A stretch of 64,000 nt of DNA from Vulcanimicrobiota bacterium. Its GTDB lineage: Bacteria > Vulcanimicrobiota > Vulcanimicrobiia > Vulcanimicrobiales > Vulcanimicrobiaceae. Under the pieces are notes generated by a model. That model was not told where the DNA came from. It searched no databases and worked only from the letters and a program-made list of their open reading frames with translations. Positions 18,498 to 26,487 of this stretch are shown here, one piece after another; positions within the stretch are counted from its first letter, which is position 1; each line of letters starts with the position of its first letter. Where the stretch lies: NCBI GenBank assembly GCA_963733295.1, contig CAVTCS010000003.1, positions 2,240,001 through 2,304,000 on the forward strand, given 5' to 3'. The position numbers and the translations under genes are program-made.

Positions 18498-20003
18498 CTA
18501 CGACGTCGCAGGTTCTACGAAAACTTCTCTGTAGAGATCCGGTCCGTAACTCGTCTCGAGCGGCGCTCCTTGCGCAATCTTGAAGGTACGACGTCCGTCG
18601 TCCAGGCGCTCGGCACGTAAGAAAAGCGCGGATGGTAGGTCTCGCGTCTGTAAGCCATGCGCAAACGCATATTGATGGGTCACGAAAAACACCTTGACAT
18701 CGTTCTCGATCAACGCGTCGACGATCTGACGGGCGATCTCGGAGCCTTCGCGCTCATTTGTTGCAGCGAACGATTCATTGAATAAGATCAGGGAGTTTGC
18801 CCTTAGGCCGTCGACAATGTCGCTCAGTCGGCGAAGCTCCTCATCGAACTTGCCGCTGTTCATTGTGGCGTCTTCTTCGCGCTTGTAGTGAGTGACGACT
18901 CTCTCGCAAACATCTGCACAAAGAGCCTCAGCCGGCGCAAACATCCCGCACTGCATCATCAGTTGTGCGAGACCGACGCTTCGCAGAAACGTCGACTTGC
19001 CACCCTGATTGGCACCGGTAATGATGATGAGAGTCTTGCCGTCAGCAGCGAGATCGTTGCTGACGACGGGACCGTTTGCGCTCAAAGTTAGGCTGACGTC
19101 GTAGAGGCCGGTCGCCGAATAACGCCGTGCCCCGACCGGACAGGGGGAAGGCAAACAGATCGACTCTCCCAGCTCGCTCAGCCTGTCATGCAAATTCAGG
19201 CACCCGACGTAGAACGCGAGCTCGGTTCGCAGCATCTCGAAAAAGCTCGTCAGATGCTCGGCCGACTGCGCAACCGCATTCGCCACGAGGTTGATACCGC
19301 GGTCGTTGAGCTGGGACAATGCACGCGCACCGCTTTCGTCACGGGGGTGAAGTTCGTACGAAAAAGCCGGCGCCTTCGGTGCGAAGAGGCGCGTCAACCA
19401 ATCGCCGTGCGCCGAACTTTGCTTGCGAAGAACATAATCCGTTCCCTTATTGCCTTCGCCTAAGCGCGCACTGAGCAAGATGCCGCGGTCGAATTTCAGT
19501 TCGTTGAGATGGCGCTCGATCGTTGCGAAGTATTCGTCGTCAAGTTCTTCAGCAAGGGAAGCAAAGAGCCGGCAGAAGCCCTCAGATCGGAAGGAGCTCG
19601 CATGCCGATCGACGATCGTCCGCAGCCTCCTCAGCATTGCGACAAGCATCTCCAAGAGGTTGACCGCCCGGTAGAGGATCGAGCGCGGGTGCCGGCCGCC
19701 GTCAAAATAGTGGTTTCGCCGCTTGGATTCCAAGGTCTCGACGGCGAGGTCATAGATCTCCCGGACGACCGCCGGATCGTTCATGCAGTCCTTCAGGATC
19801 TCCTGACGATAGCAGATCGTTTCGATGTCGGTAACGCTCCCGAGAACGGCCCTCTTTACGACTTCAGCCAGCGGCTTGTTGCCACTCGACATTGCGCCGA
19901 AGAGCGCTTCGAGTCCCAAGTCCGCGACGAGCGCATCCGCTTGCTGCGGCAGGTTGGCCCCGAAATCGAAATCCCGGTCCTTGTACATCAAATACGCGTT
20001 CAT
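18498..20003 (-). CDS. MutS-family ATPase-domain protein (MutS4-like, copy B)
   Basis: ITGANQGGKSTFLRS, SGKFDEEL, LFNESFAATNEREG, VTH. About 500 aa, no mismatch-binding domain. Confidence 0.88.
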   Translation of the reverse strand: MNAYLMYKDRDFDFGANLPQQADALVADLGLEALFGAMSSGNKPLAEVVKRAVLGSVTDIETICYRQEILKDCMNDPAVVREIYDLAVETLESKRRNHYFDGGRHPRSILYRAVNLLEMLVAMLRRLRTIVDRHASSFRSEGFCRLFASLAEELDDEYFATIERHLNELKFDRGILLSARLGEGNKGTDYVLRKQSSAHGDWLTRLFAPKAPAFSYELHPRDESGARALSQLNDRGINLVANAVAQSAEHLTSFFEMLRTELAFYVGCLNLHDRLSELGESICLPSPCPVGARRYSATGLYDVSLTLSANGPVVSNDLAADGKTLIIITGANQGGKSTFLRSVGLAQLMMQCGMFAPAEALCADVCERVVTHYKREEDATMNSGKFDEELRRLSDIVDGLRANSLILFNESFAATNEREGSEIARQIVDALIENDVKVFFVTHQYAFAHGLQTRDLPSALFLRAERLDDGRRTFKIAQGAPLETSYGPDLYREVFVEPATS

Positions 20004-21583
20004 GACTGGGTCCCGGAGGGAAGGCGCGCCTTGAGCTGTTCGTAGGTCAGACCGTACTTCTCCGCGATAGAAAGCGCATAGGCGCGCCCGTCCGCCGGGC
20101 GACGCAGCACCTTGTAGGTTCGCTTCGTCGGATCGGTCGGGTTGACGACGCTCACCATGCTCACCGTCTTCTCATTCAACGACGCGAGCTCGTCGAGGAA
20201 CGTTACGCAGACGCAAATCGCGTCGAGCTCTACGATCTTGTCGAGCACCCGGCGGGCTAGGAACACCGCGTCTTCGAGCGAGGTCGAACTGAAGACTTCG
20301 TTCATGATGATGATGCTGCGCGGAGTCGCGCAATCGAGGATGTCGCGAAACCGGATTAAGTCGTCTTGAAGCTTTCCCCGTAAGGTCTCGACGCGCTCTT
20401 GCTTTTCAAAATGGGTGAAAATGGAGTCGAAAAGAAATAGACGAGCGGAACTTCCGGGAACCGGACAACCGATGCTGGCGAAATGATGCACTTGTCCGAA
20501 GGCACGAGCGAAGGTCGTTTTTCCGCCTTGATTCGGGCCCGATACGACGAGGACACGCTCGGGGCCGTCGAGACGAAAATCGTTGCAGACGATCGGCGCT
20601 GACTCATTAAAGAGCTTCGTCGCCAAAGCGAGATCGAACGCCGCTCGGTCGTACACGTCCTTGTCCCGGGCCGATACTGTCGGGTAACAAAACGCGAGGC
20701 CGGCTTTCTTGAATCGCTCTGCGTAACCAAGGTATGCCATGTAAAACTGAATCTCGCGATCGAAGCGCCCGACGAGCGCGTCCGCGAACTCGCGGTTCGC
20801 GGTACAAAATTCGTCTAATCGTCGGAAAGGCTCCGGATTGAACCGAGCGACGAACCCGAGGATGATTTCTTCGACGTGATTCATGTCGACGGATTCCGTG
20901 AACGCGCACAAGTAGTTCTTTGCGGCGCTGCGCCGAAATTTGGCGAACGTAGCTGCGATTTCGTCGCTGTAGTTAGGCTCGGAGTCGTAATTTCGAACCT
21001 CGAATCGGCTGCCCTTGATGTGGATCGAGTACGCAAGCGCTTGCAAGTCGCGTGAAAGCGCGCCCACCTGCGCAGCGAGCCCGGTAAAGCGCTCCGATGC
21101 TAGGTACTCGCTTAAATAGCCGTGGAACGACCGTAGGCCGCGTGAGGTGAGGTTAAGCCCCCGCAAGCCCTCTTCGAGCGCGCGCACGGCGCTGAGATAC
21201 GTCGCTATGGCGCGCAGACACCAGGCCTCTTTGTTATACGTGTAGTGCAGTTTCTCGGCTTGAGCGAGCTGTTGCCGCATCAGGCGCATGCCGTCCGCGA
21301 ACGATACGATGCACGCGAAGGCGGCCTCTTCCTCGAGATCGCGCATGACCTCTTGCCGGTAGAGAATAGCGTCGAGGTCCCTGAGGGAATCGTAGAAGAA
21401 CGGCCTTAGATCGTACTCATCCTTCCCGTGCGTTATCGCGTCGAGGATTTGATCGAGGTTGAGGTCGTGAAAGTACTCAGGGGTGTGCCCGCGCACTGAT
21501 CGTTCCCTCTCGCCGCCCCGTTCGTAAAGGATGCTCTCGAACGTCTGCGCACGAGCGCCGTCCGGAAGAGTCTCAGTCGCCAT
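20000..21583 (-). CDS. MutS-family ATPase-domain protein (MutS4-like, copy A)
   Basis: VSGPNQGGKTTFARA, GKLQDDL, IMNEVFSSTS, AYALSIAEKYGL; stop overlaps the next start (ATGA). Confidence 0.88.
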   Translation of the reverse strand: MATETLPDGARAQTFESILYERGGERERSVRGHTPEYFHDLNLDQILDAITHGKDEYDLRPFFYDSLRDLDAILYRQEVMRDLEEEAAFACIVSFADGMRLMRQQLAQAEKLHYTYNKEAWCLRAIATYLSAVRALEEGLRGLNLTSRGLRSFHGYLSEYLASERFTGLAAQVGALSRDLQALAYSIHIKGSRFEVRNYDSEPNYSDEIAATFAKFRRSAAKNYLCAFTESVDMNHVEEIILGFVARFNPEPFRRLDEFCTANREFADALVGRFDREIQFYMAYLGYAERFKKAGLAFCYPTVSARDKDVYDRAAFDLALATKLFNESAPIVCNDFRLDGPERVLVVSGPNQGGKTTFARAFGQVHHFASIGCPVPGSSARLFLFDSIFTHFEKQERVETLRGKLQDDLIRFRDILDCATPRSIIIMNEVFSSTSLEDAVFLARRVLDKIVELDAICVCVTFLDELASLNEKTVSMVSVVNPTDPTKRTYKVLRRPADGRAYALSIAEKYGLTYEQLKARLPSGTQS

Positions 21584-23291
21584 GCGAAGCGCTCAGTACG
21601 TTGGGCGACGAACACGTTCCCGAAGTTTGCATGCTCGCTGCGTGCGCGAACTGCCGCAACCGATCCGCGGCCTGCTCGAGTTCGCTCGAGCGCCGGGCGA
21701 TTGCTTCAGCTTCGTCTGCGCCTTCCACCGCCTGCTGGAGCGCACGCCCCGCGTCGGCTCGCGCGCGCTCCAGAGAGGCCCCGACTTGCTGCGCGAGGGT
21801 CGCGTATCCATCTCGAATCGCTTGATTCGCGCGGTAGCGGATCCGGCCCGCGCGCCGATCGAGCTGCGCCTCGAGCTCGCTCCGCAGGCGGCGCGCCAGA
21901 AGTGTCGCCCGGACCGGCTGCGGAAGCAAGCCGTCGACGGCCCGCGCGACGAGCTCGGCTCCGGTCGTGGCTTGCTCGTCGGCGTATTCGAAGCGAAGTG
22001 CCGGGAGCTCAAAGGCCAATTCGGGCGGCGCGAGCGCGCCGAGCCCTAGGCCGGCAAGACCTTCAGCAATCGTGCTGCGTTCGAGGTCGACGGTGCGCGC
22101 GACGACGCGCTCCATGTTTCGCTGCATTCGCGCCTGGAGTTCGCGACGGACCTCTTCGACCCACGCGGTCGCAGCGGAGCCAACACCGTCGGCAATGCCC
22201 TGGCGATACGCTAACAGGTCGCCGTGCTCTACAGCGGACCGCAGCCGCTGCTCCAGGGATACGAGCGCTTCACGCTTGCGGTCCTCGAGCCGCTGCTCGA
22301 TAAGGCGCAGATCCTCGCGTGCCGCTCGATCGAGCGTGTCGACGATTTCGCCTGCGCGTCGCGGGAGTTCACTCTCGAAGGTTGCAAAGCGCTCTGCGAG
22401 CGCCGCTCGACGCTCGAGCGGCAAACGCAGCGCTTCGCGCTCGATCAGGAGAGAACGGAGCAACCACGCGGCGTCGCGTGTAGCTTTTCGGCGCAGCGAT
22501 CGCTCAAAGACTTCACGACCGTGCGCTTCGACGAAATCTCGAAACGTTGCCACGAAGTCGCCGAGTCCCTGGCCTCTTGTCGCACTCAGCGGGAAAATGC
22601 GAACGTCGCCATCCTCGCGCGCTCCGGCCAGGGTTTTGCGCGTGAACTCTATCAGTGGTTCTCGCTCCTTGTCATTGACGATTTGATCGACTTTGTTCAG
22701 CACGATGAAGAGGCGCTCCGAGGCATCGAGCACCTTACGCGCAAAGGCGAGTTCGGCCTCACCGATGGGTGGCTCGGCGCCGACCACGAGAATAGCGAGA
22801 TCGGCCCGCGTTAGCGTTTCTAGCGCAGCCCCGGTGTTGTGTGCGTACGTCGAGGCGATGCCGGGGGAGTCGATCATTGCGACCCCAGCGAGGATGGGAG
22901 CGGGCACGGTAACGGCGGCGCTCCGAACCAGCAGGCGATTTTCCGGATTGCCCTGTTCGGTGACGTAGCGCTTTAGTTCGGGGGGCGAGATCTCGAGCGG
23001 CGGCCGCGCTTCATCGAGAAACTCGATCGTTACGCGCAATGGACCGAAGCGGACGACGGTCGGGATCGCCGTAACCGGCAACATGCCGGTTGGCAGCAGG
23101 TCCGTCCCCAAAAGCGCGTTGATGAAGGTGCTCTTGCCGCGTTTGAACTGACCAGCCACGACCACGGTCAGCTCGCGCCTGCACTCCTCGTCTCGCAGCC
23201 GCTCGATCGCCGAAATCGCCGACGGGGAGCCGAACCGGCGAGCCAGTCCCAGCAGTTCTTCCGAGTCGGAATTGCCGTTACGGCCGTTCAC
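21573..23291 (-). CDS. Dynamin-like GTPase with long helical stalk
   Basis: GQFKRGKST, PVTA, DSPG, NKVD; helical C-terminal half. Start is uncertain: GTG 23291 preferred, 23396 in the ORF track. Confidence 0.88.
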   Translation of the reverse strand: MNGRNGNSDSEELLGLARRFGSPSAISAIERLRDEECRRELTVVVAGQFKRGKSTFINALLGTDLLPTGMLPVTAIPTVVRFGPLRVTIEFLDEARPPLEISPPELKRYVTEQGNPENRLLVRSAAVTVPAPILAGVAMIDSPGIASTYAHNTGAALETLTRADLAILVVGAEPPIGEAELAFARKVLDASERLFIVLNKVDQIVNDKEREPLIEFTRKTLAGAREDGDVRIFPLSATRGQGLGDFVATFRDFVEAHGREVFERSLRRKATRDAAWLLRSLLIEREALRLPLERRAALAERFATFESELPRRAGEIVDTLDRAAREDLRLIEQRLEDRKREALVSLEQRLRSAVEHGDLLAYRQGIADGVGSAATAWVEEVRRELQARMQRNMERVVARTVDLERSTIAEGLAGLGLGALAPPELAFELPALRFEYADEQATTGAELVARAVDGLLPQPVRATLLARRLRSELEAQLDRRAGRIRYRANQAIRDGYATLAQQVGASLERARADAGRALQQAVEGADEAEAIARRSSELEQAADRLRQFAHAASMQTSGTCSSPNVLSASHGD

Positions 23292-23371
23292 GCCGTGGCT
23301 CGCAAAACTTCCGCGCGGGCGCTCGACGCGCGATGGCGGCTTCGGGAGGGTCGACGATAGTCGTTGTACAC
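23288..23371 (-). CDS. Putative 27-aa leader ORF coupled to the dynamin gene
   Basis: GGAG + 9 nt + GTG; MYNDYRRPSRSRHRASSARAEVLRATA*; its TGA overlaps GTG 23291 (GTGA). Confidence 0.35.
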   Translation of the reverse strand: MYNDYRRPSRSRHRASSARAEVLRATA

Positions 23372-23397
23372 TGCCACGGACTCCAGGTTGCTGCACT

Positions 23398-23443
23398 AGG
23401 AGTCATCAGCCGTTTCCGGCGGTCGTGGCGAACTCCATCGCCC
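23398..23443 (-). promoter_or_regulatory. Fluoride riboswitch 1 (crcB motif), upstream of the dynamin-MutS operon
   Basis: Minus strand GGGCGATGGAGTTCGCCACGACCGCCGGAAACGGCTGATGACTCCT: P1 GGCGA/TCGCC, pseudoknot GGAGT/ACTCC, P2 GCCG-GAAA-CGGC, TGATGAC core. Confidence 0.95.
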
Positions 23444-23685
23444 ACAGGATGGTTCTGCGGTGACTCCCGAAATCATCTCATATGAGCTGCCCGGTCCGGA
23501 GGGCGCGACGTCGCGAGGGCTGACGAAGCAGAGAAGGGACACGGGACGGCGTTCGCACGCGACACGAAAGGGTTACGCGCGAAATGTCGCGCTATCCGAC
23601 ATCGCGACTTCTGGCGATCTTGTTGCTCCAGCGCTGCAACTTTTCGTCGTAGGAAGCCAACCGCTCCCTGCAGTATAGGTATCTC

Positions 23686-23731
23686 GGGCGATGGAGTTCG
23701 CCACAACCGCCGGAAACGGCTGATGACTCCT
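23686..23731 (+). promoter_or_regulatory. Fluoride riboswitch 2 (crcB motif)
   Basis: GGGCGATGGAGTTCGCCACAACCGCCGGAAACGGCTGATGACTCCT. Its 3' CTCCTC can pair with the SD GAGGAG at 23740-23745. Confidence 0.95.
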
Positions 23732-23752
23732 CGGAGGGTGAGGAGCATTCTT

Positions 23753-23908
23753 GTGGCTGAGAACAGCAAGCCCGAAGCGCCGCGGCGCCTCTTCAACCGT
23801 CTCGCACGTTGTGTGCGCAGACGTTGCGCCGTTTGCGAAAACCCCGCACGCGCTCGCGTCGCCGAAATCGAGCAGACTCCGTCTCGGCGCCCACCGTTCT
23901 CCCGCTGA
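23753..23908 (+). CDS. Putative 51-aa basic Cys-containing protein
   Basis: GAGGAG + 7 nt + GTG; MAENSKPEAPRRLFNRLARCVRRRCAVCENP... Confidence 0.5.
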   Translation: MAENSKPEAPRRLFNRLARCVRRRCAVCENPARARVAEIEQTPSRRPPFSR

Positions 23909-23927
23909 ACTCTCGCGGCATTAAGGC

Positions 23928-24329
23928 ATGGGTACTCTGAGAAGATGGTGGCGCTTCGTCACCAGCGGCGTGATCGCGGAGATGCCCAGTCATGGGACGC
24001 CGGACGAGCTCGAGGCGCTGCGCACGACCAATCGCGACCTCCAGGAGCGCGTAGCTTGGCTGGATGGGCGCCTTAAGGAGGTCGTCGAGCGGTTGTATTC
24101 CATCGAACAGCAATATTCGGTCGAACACTTCCAACTCACCGAATCGCAACGCGACCTTCGAGATGAGCGAATGCGCCTGGCCGCAGCGCGCGCCGAGCGA
24201 ACGATCATTCTCTCCCGCGCTGGAGACCTGCAAGCACGAATCCGCGACTTGAAGGGGCGTCTTGCATCGCACGAGACCGTGGAAGCCTCGTTCTTCGACG
24301 ATGCACCCATCGTAGACGATTCAAAGTGA
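23928..24329 (+). CDS. Coiled-coil hypothetical protein
   Basis: Heptad-like LxxxNxxLxxxVxxL pattern; N-terminal amphipathic LRRWWRFV. Confidence 0.75.
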   Translation: MGTLRRWWRFVTSGVIAEMPSHGTPDELEALRTTNRDLQERVAWLDGRLKEVVERLYSIEQQYSVEHFQLTESQRDLRDERMRLAAARAERTIILSRAGDLQARIRDLKGRLASHETVEASFFDDAPIVDDSK

Positions 24330-24338
24330 GTCGATGAG

Positions 24339-25025
24339 ATGAGCGACAAGCCTGCCGCAACCGTCGGCGCGCTCTTCGACGACCTGACGCGGTCGGAACA
24401 CAAGAGGTCAGGCGCGGCGGCCGAGGATTTGGCAGCTGCAAAGGAACGGCTCTTCGGCGGCTTCCGCGAAGCGCAGCGTGCGCTGAATAGGGGATGCGAT
24501 TCCGACATTAGGTCGTCGCCGACCCTCCTGACGCGCCCGCTCGTCGTCGCGCGCACTTGCTTAGAAAACGAGTTGCTAGGAACGAGCACGCTCGCCGATA
24601 AGGCGCTCAGAAGCCACCTCTTGTTTGCGGGTTGCCAGGACATCGTCGCGTGTTGTACCCGCAGTGTGCGTGACAATGCCGATGTGCGTTTCCGGGCGCG
24701 TTTCCGGATGTTCGCGGAGGCTGTCCACGAACTCGAGTGCGAGTTCGCCGAGAAAGCACGAGTTGTGGAACCGGAAGGCGCTTCGCGCATAAAGATGCCG
24801 CGACGCATCGCCGTCCCGAGAGTCTGCCTTGATGATCTCCCAATGCCGCGACAGCCCGACGACTCGTCCGCCGCCTCGATAAATGCATGGGCGAGCGATT
24901 TGACTATGCTGCTGACCGACCGCCTTCGCGAGGCCGTCGAGGACGCACGCCGAGAGGCTGTCCGGCGTTCAACGCGCAGCGTCGCTCGTATCGTCGTCCG
25001 CGCGGCCCGGGCTCTGCACCGCTAG
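24339..25025 (+). CDS. Alpha-helical hypothetical protein
   Basis: 228-aa ORF 9 nt after the previous stop; helical composition. Confidence 0.65.
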   Translation: MSDKPAATVGALFDDLTRSEHKRSGAAAEDLAAAKERLFGGFREAQRALNRGCDSDIRSSPTLLTRPLVVARTCLENELLGTSTLADKALRSHLLFAGCQDIVACCTRSVRDNADVRFRARFRMFAEAVHELECEFAEKARVVEPEGASRIKMPRRIAVPRVCLDDLPMPRQPDDSSAASINAWASDLTMLLTDRLREAVEDARREAVRRSTRSVARIVVRAARALHR

Positions 25026-25086
25026 CTCGCGCGGCCATGAACCGCGACGCGGGAAGAGCCGCTTGGCCAACGAAGATACGAGGGAA

Positions 25087-25130
25087 GGGCGATGGGGCTC
25101 GCCCGAACCGCCGTGAGGCTGATGGCTCCT
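25087..25130 (+). promoter_or_regulatory. Fluoride riboswitch 3 (crcB motif)
   Basis: GGGCGATGGGGCTCGCCCGAACCGCCGTGAGGCTGATGGCTCCT: P1 GGGCGA/TCGCCC, pseudoknot GGGGCT/GGCTCC with compensatory change, P2 GCC-GTGA-GGC. Confidence 0.92.
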
Positions 25131-25153
25131 GGTCGATCGAACCGGAGCGCGCT

Positions 25154-25906
25154 ATGAAGAGCCTCATTATCGCCGACGTTCACGCAAATTGGGCGGCCCT
25201 CGAAGCGCTGCCCGCTGCGGATCTTGTCGTCTGCGCAGGCGACATGGTAACTTTTGGGCCGCAGCCCGGCGCAGTCATCGATGCTCTCGCCAAGATCGGC
25301 GCTCGCTGTGTGCGCGGGGACGAAGACGATGCGGTTGCGCGCAATTTGCGGCGTGAAGCAGCGCCGGGGCTCGAGTCCGCCGCCGACGAAACCCGGGTCT
25401 GGACGCGCTCGGTCCTCACGAAAAACCAGATGCGCTGGTTGGGCGAACTCCCGTTTGAAATCGAGGTGGAGGCCGGCAGTGTGCGGCTGGCTGCCACCCA
25501 CGCGTATCCCGGCGTCATCAACCGCTACCTCCGCCCGACGCGCGAGGAACTGGAGCGTGTCGCCCGAGCATTCCCCCGAGCGAACATCGTCGTAGTTGGC
25601 CACACGCATCGCAGTGGCATTTGGCAAGTCGGCGGAACGACGATCTTGATGCCGGGAAGCGTCGGGCAGTCAAGCCATGGCGGGCATGCATCGTTTGCTC
25701 AGATCGAAGGCAGCACCGTTACCCTTCGTGAGCTTCCGTACGACGTCGACAGAACGATCGAACAGATTCGCGCCACTCCTTGGAGCGCAAGCGCAAAGGA
25801 GAGCTGCATACGCGCCCTCCAACTTGGCGCCCCGCGGCCGTACGAATCCGTTCTGCCGAAGGATGTCGAGCGTCGCTTGGCCGTAGGTCCCGCGCGCGGT
25901 AAGTGA
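25154..25906 (+). CDS. Calcineurin-like metallophosphoesterase (YfcE/MJ0936 family)
   Basis: IADVHAN, AGDMV, RGDED (in place of GNHD), THA, GHTH, PGSVGQ, YD; GGAG RBS. Confidence 0.88.
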   Translation: MKSLIIADVHANWAALEALPAADLVVCAGDMVTFGPQPGAVIDALAKIGARCVRGDEDDAVARNLRREAAPGLESAADETRVWTRSVLTKNQMRWLGELPFEIEVEAGSVRLAATHAYPGVINRYLRPTREELERVARAFPRANIVVVGHTHRSGIWQVGGTTILMPGSVGQSSHGGHASFAQIEGSTVTLRELPYDVDRTIEQIRATPWSASAKESCIRALQLGAPRPYESVLPKDVERRLAVGPARGK

Positions 25907-25930
25907 CCGCCAATCGCAGACTCAGGAAGG

Positions 25931-26290
25931 ATGGCAACCTTGGCCCAAGTCCACGAGAGTTCAAAGGCGGATCCAGGACCCGAAGCAACGCGCGCCCGAA
26001 TTCGCTCGCTCGCGGCTTTTGTTGCTTTGGTGGCGGGTGCATTCGTGCCGGCGCCTCGTGGCCAATTCCTACCATCTTCCTGGTCTTGCTGCTGTTTCTT
26101 GAGCCGATTCGAGCGAAGACCGGGTACGTCACACTTTTGATCGGCTGCATCGTAGCCGCAATCTTACCTAGCATCGGCTGGGCGATCGCTACTCACCATC
26201 TTGCGTTTTAATGCCGTGCTTGTTGCTTCCGGGCTGATCCTTGCGAGCTTAGCGCGGCTGGCCGCGCCTCGGCAAGCTGTGTCGAAGTAG
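25931..26290 (+). pseudogene. Small 4-TM membrane protein with two apparent frameshifts
   Basis: AGGAAGG + ATG. Hydrophobic segments switch frame near 26045 and switch back at the TTTT run at 26206-26209. Confidence 0.5.
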
Positions 26291-26361
26291 CTCAAGCGCC
26301 CATGATCCCTGCCAGGAGGGTCGCCAAAGCCCATGTCTAAGAGCAGCGAAAAATTCAAAGC

Positions 26362-26410
26362 CGCGATGGAGCTCGCGTTAAGCCCACAACAACTGGGATG
26401 ATGGCTCCTA
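26362..26410 (+). promoter_or_regulatory. Fluoride riboswitch 4 (crcB motif variant), upstream of the hyf-like operon
   Basis: CGCGATGGAGCTCGCGTTAAGCCCACAACAACTGGGATGATGGCTCCTA: P1 CGCGA/TCGCG, pseudoknot GGAGCT/GGCTCC, P2 CCCA/TGGG. Confidence 0.85.
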
Positions 26411-26448
26411 CTCAGACCTTCCGAGTGCGGAGCCGGCTTTGTTTCTTT
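26403..26448 (+). terminator. Riboswitch-overlapping intrinsic terminator
   Basis: GGCTCC-TACTC-loop-GAGTG-C-GGAGCC followed by GGCTTTGTTTCTTT; the 5' arm is the aptamer pseudoknot strand. Confidence 0.7.
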
Positions 26449-26487
26449 CAGCACACCTAAATCGAAACCAATTGCGGCGGGCGAGCT

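Noticed and set aside
18498..21583. Canonical mismatch-repair mutS or mutS2
   Set aside because: About 500 aa each, no mismatch-binding or Smr domain, no mutL nearby.
25931..26290. Calling the broken membrane gene crcB/fluc
   Set aside because: Signature motifs (GGxxGAxxR, GFxGxxTTFS) are not found in the reconstructed protein.
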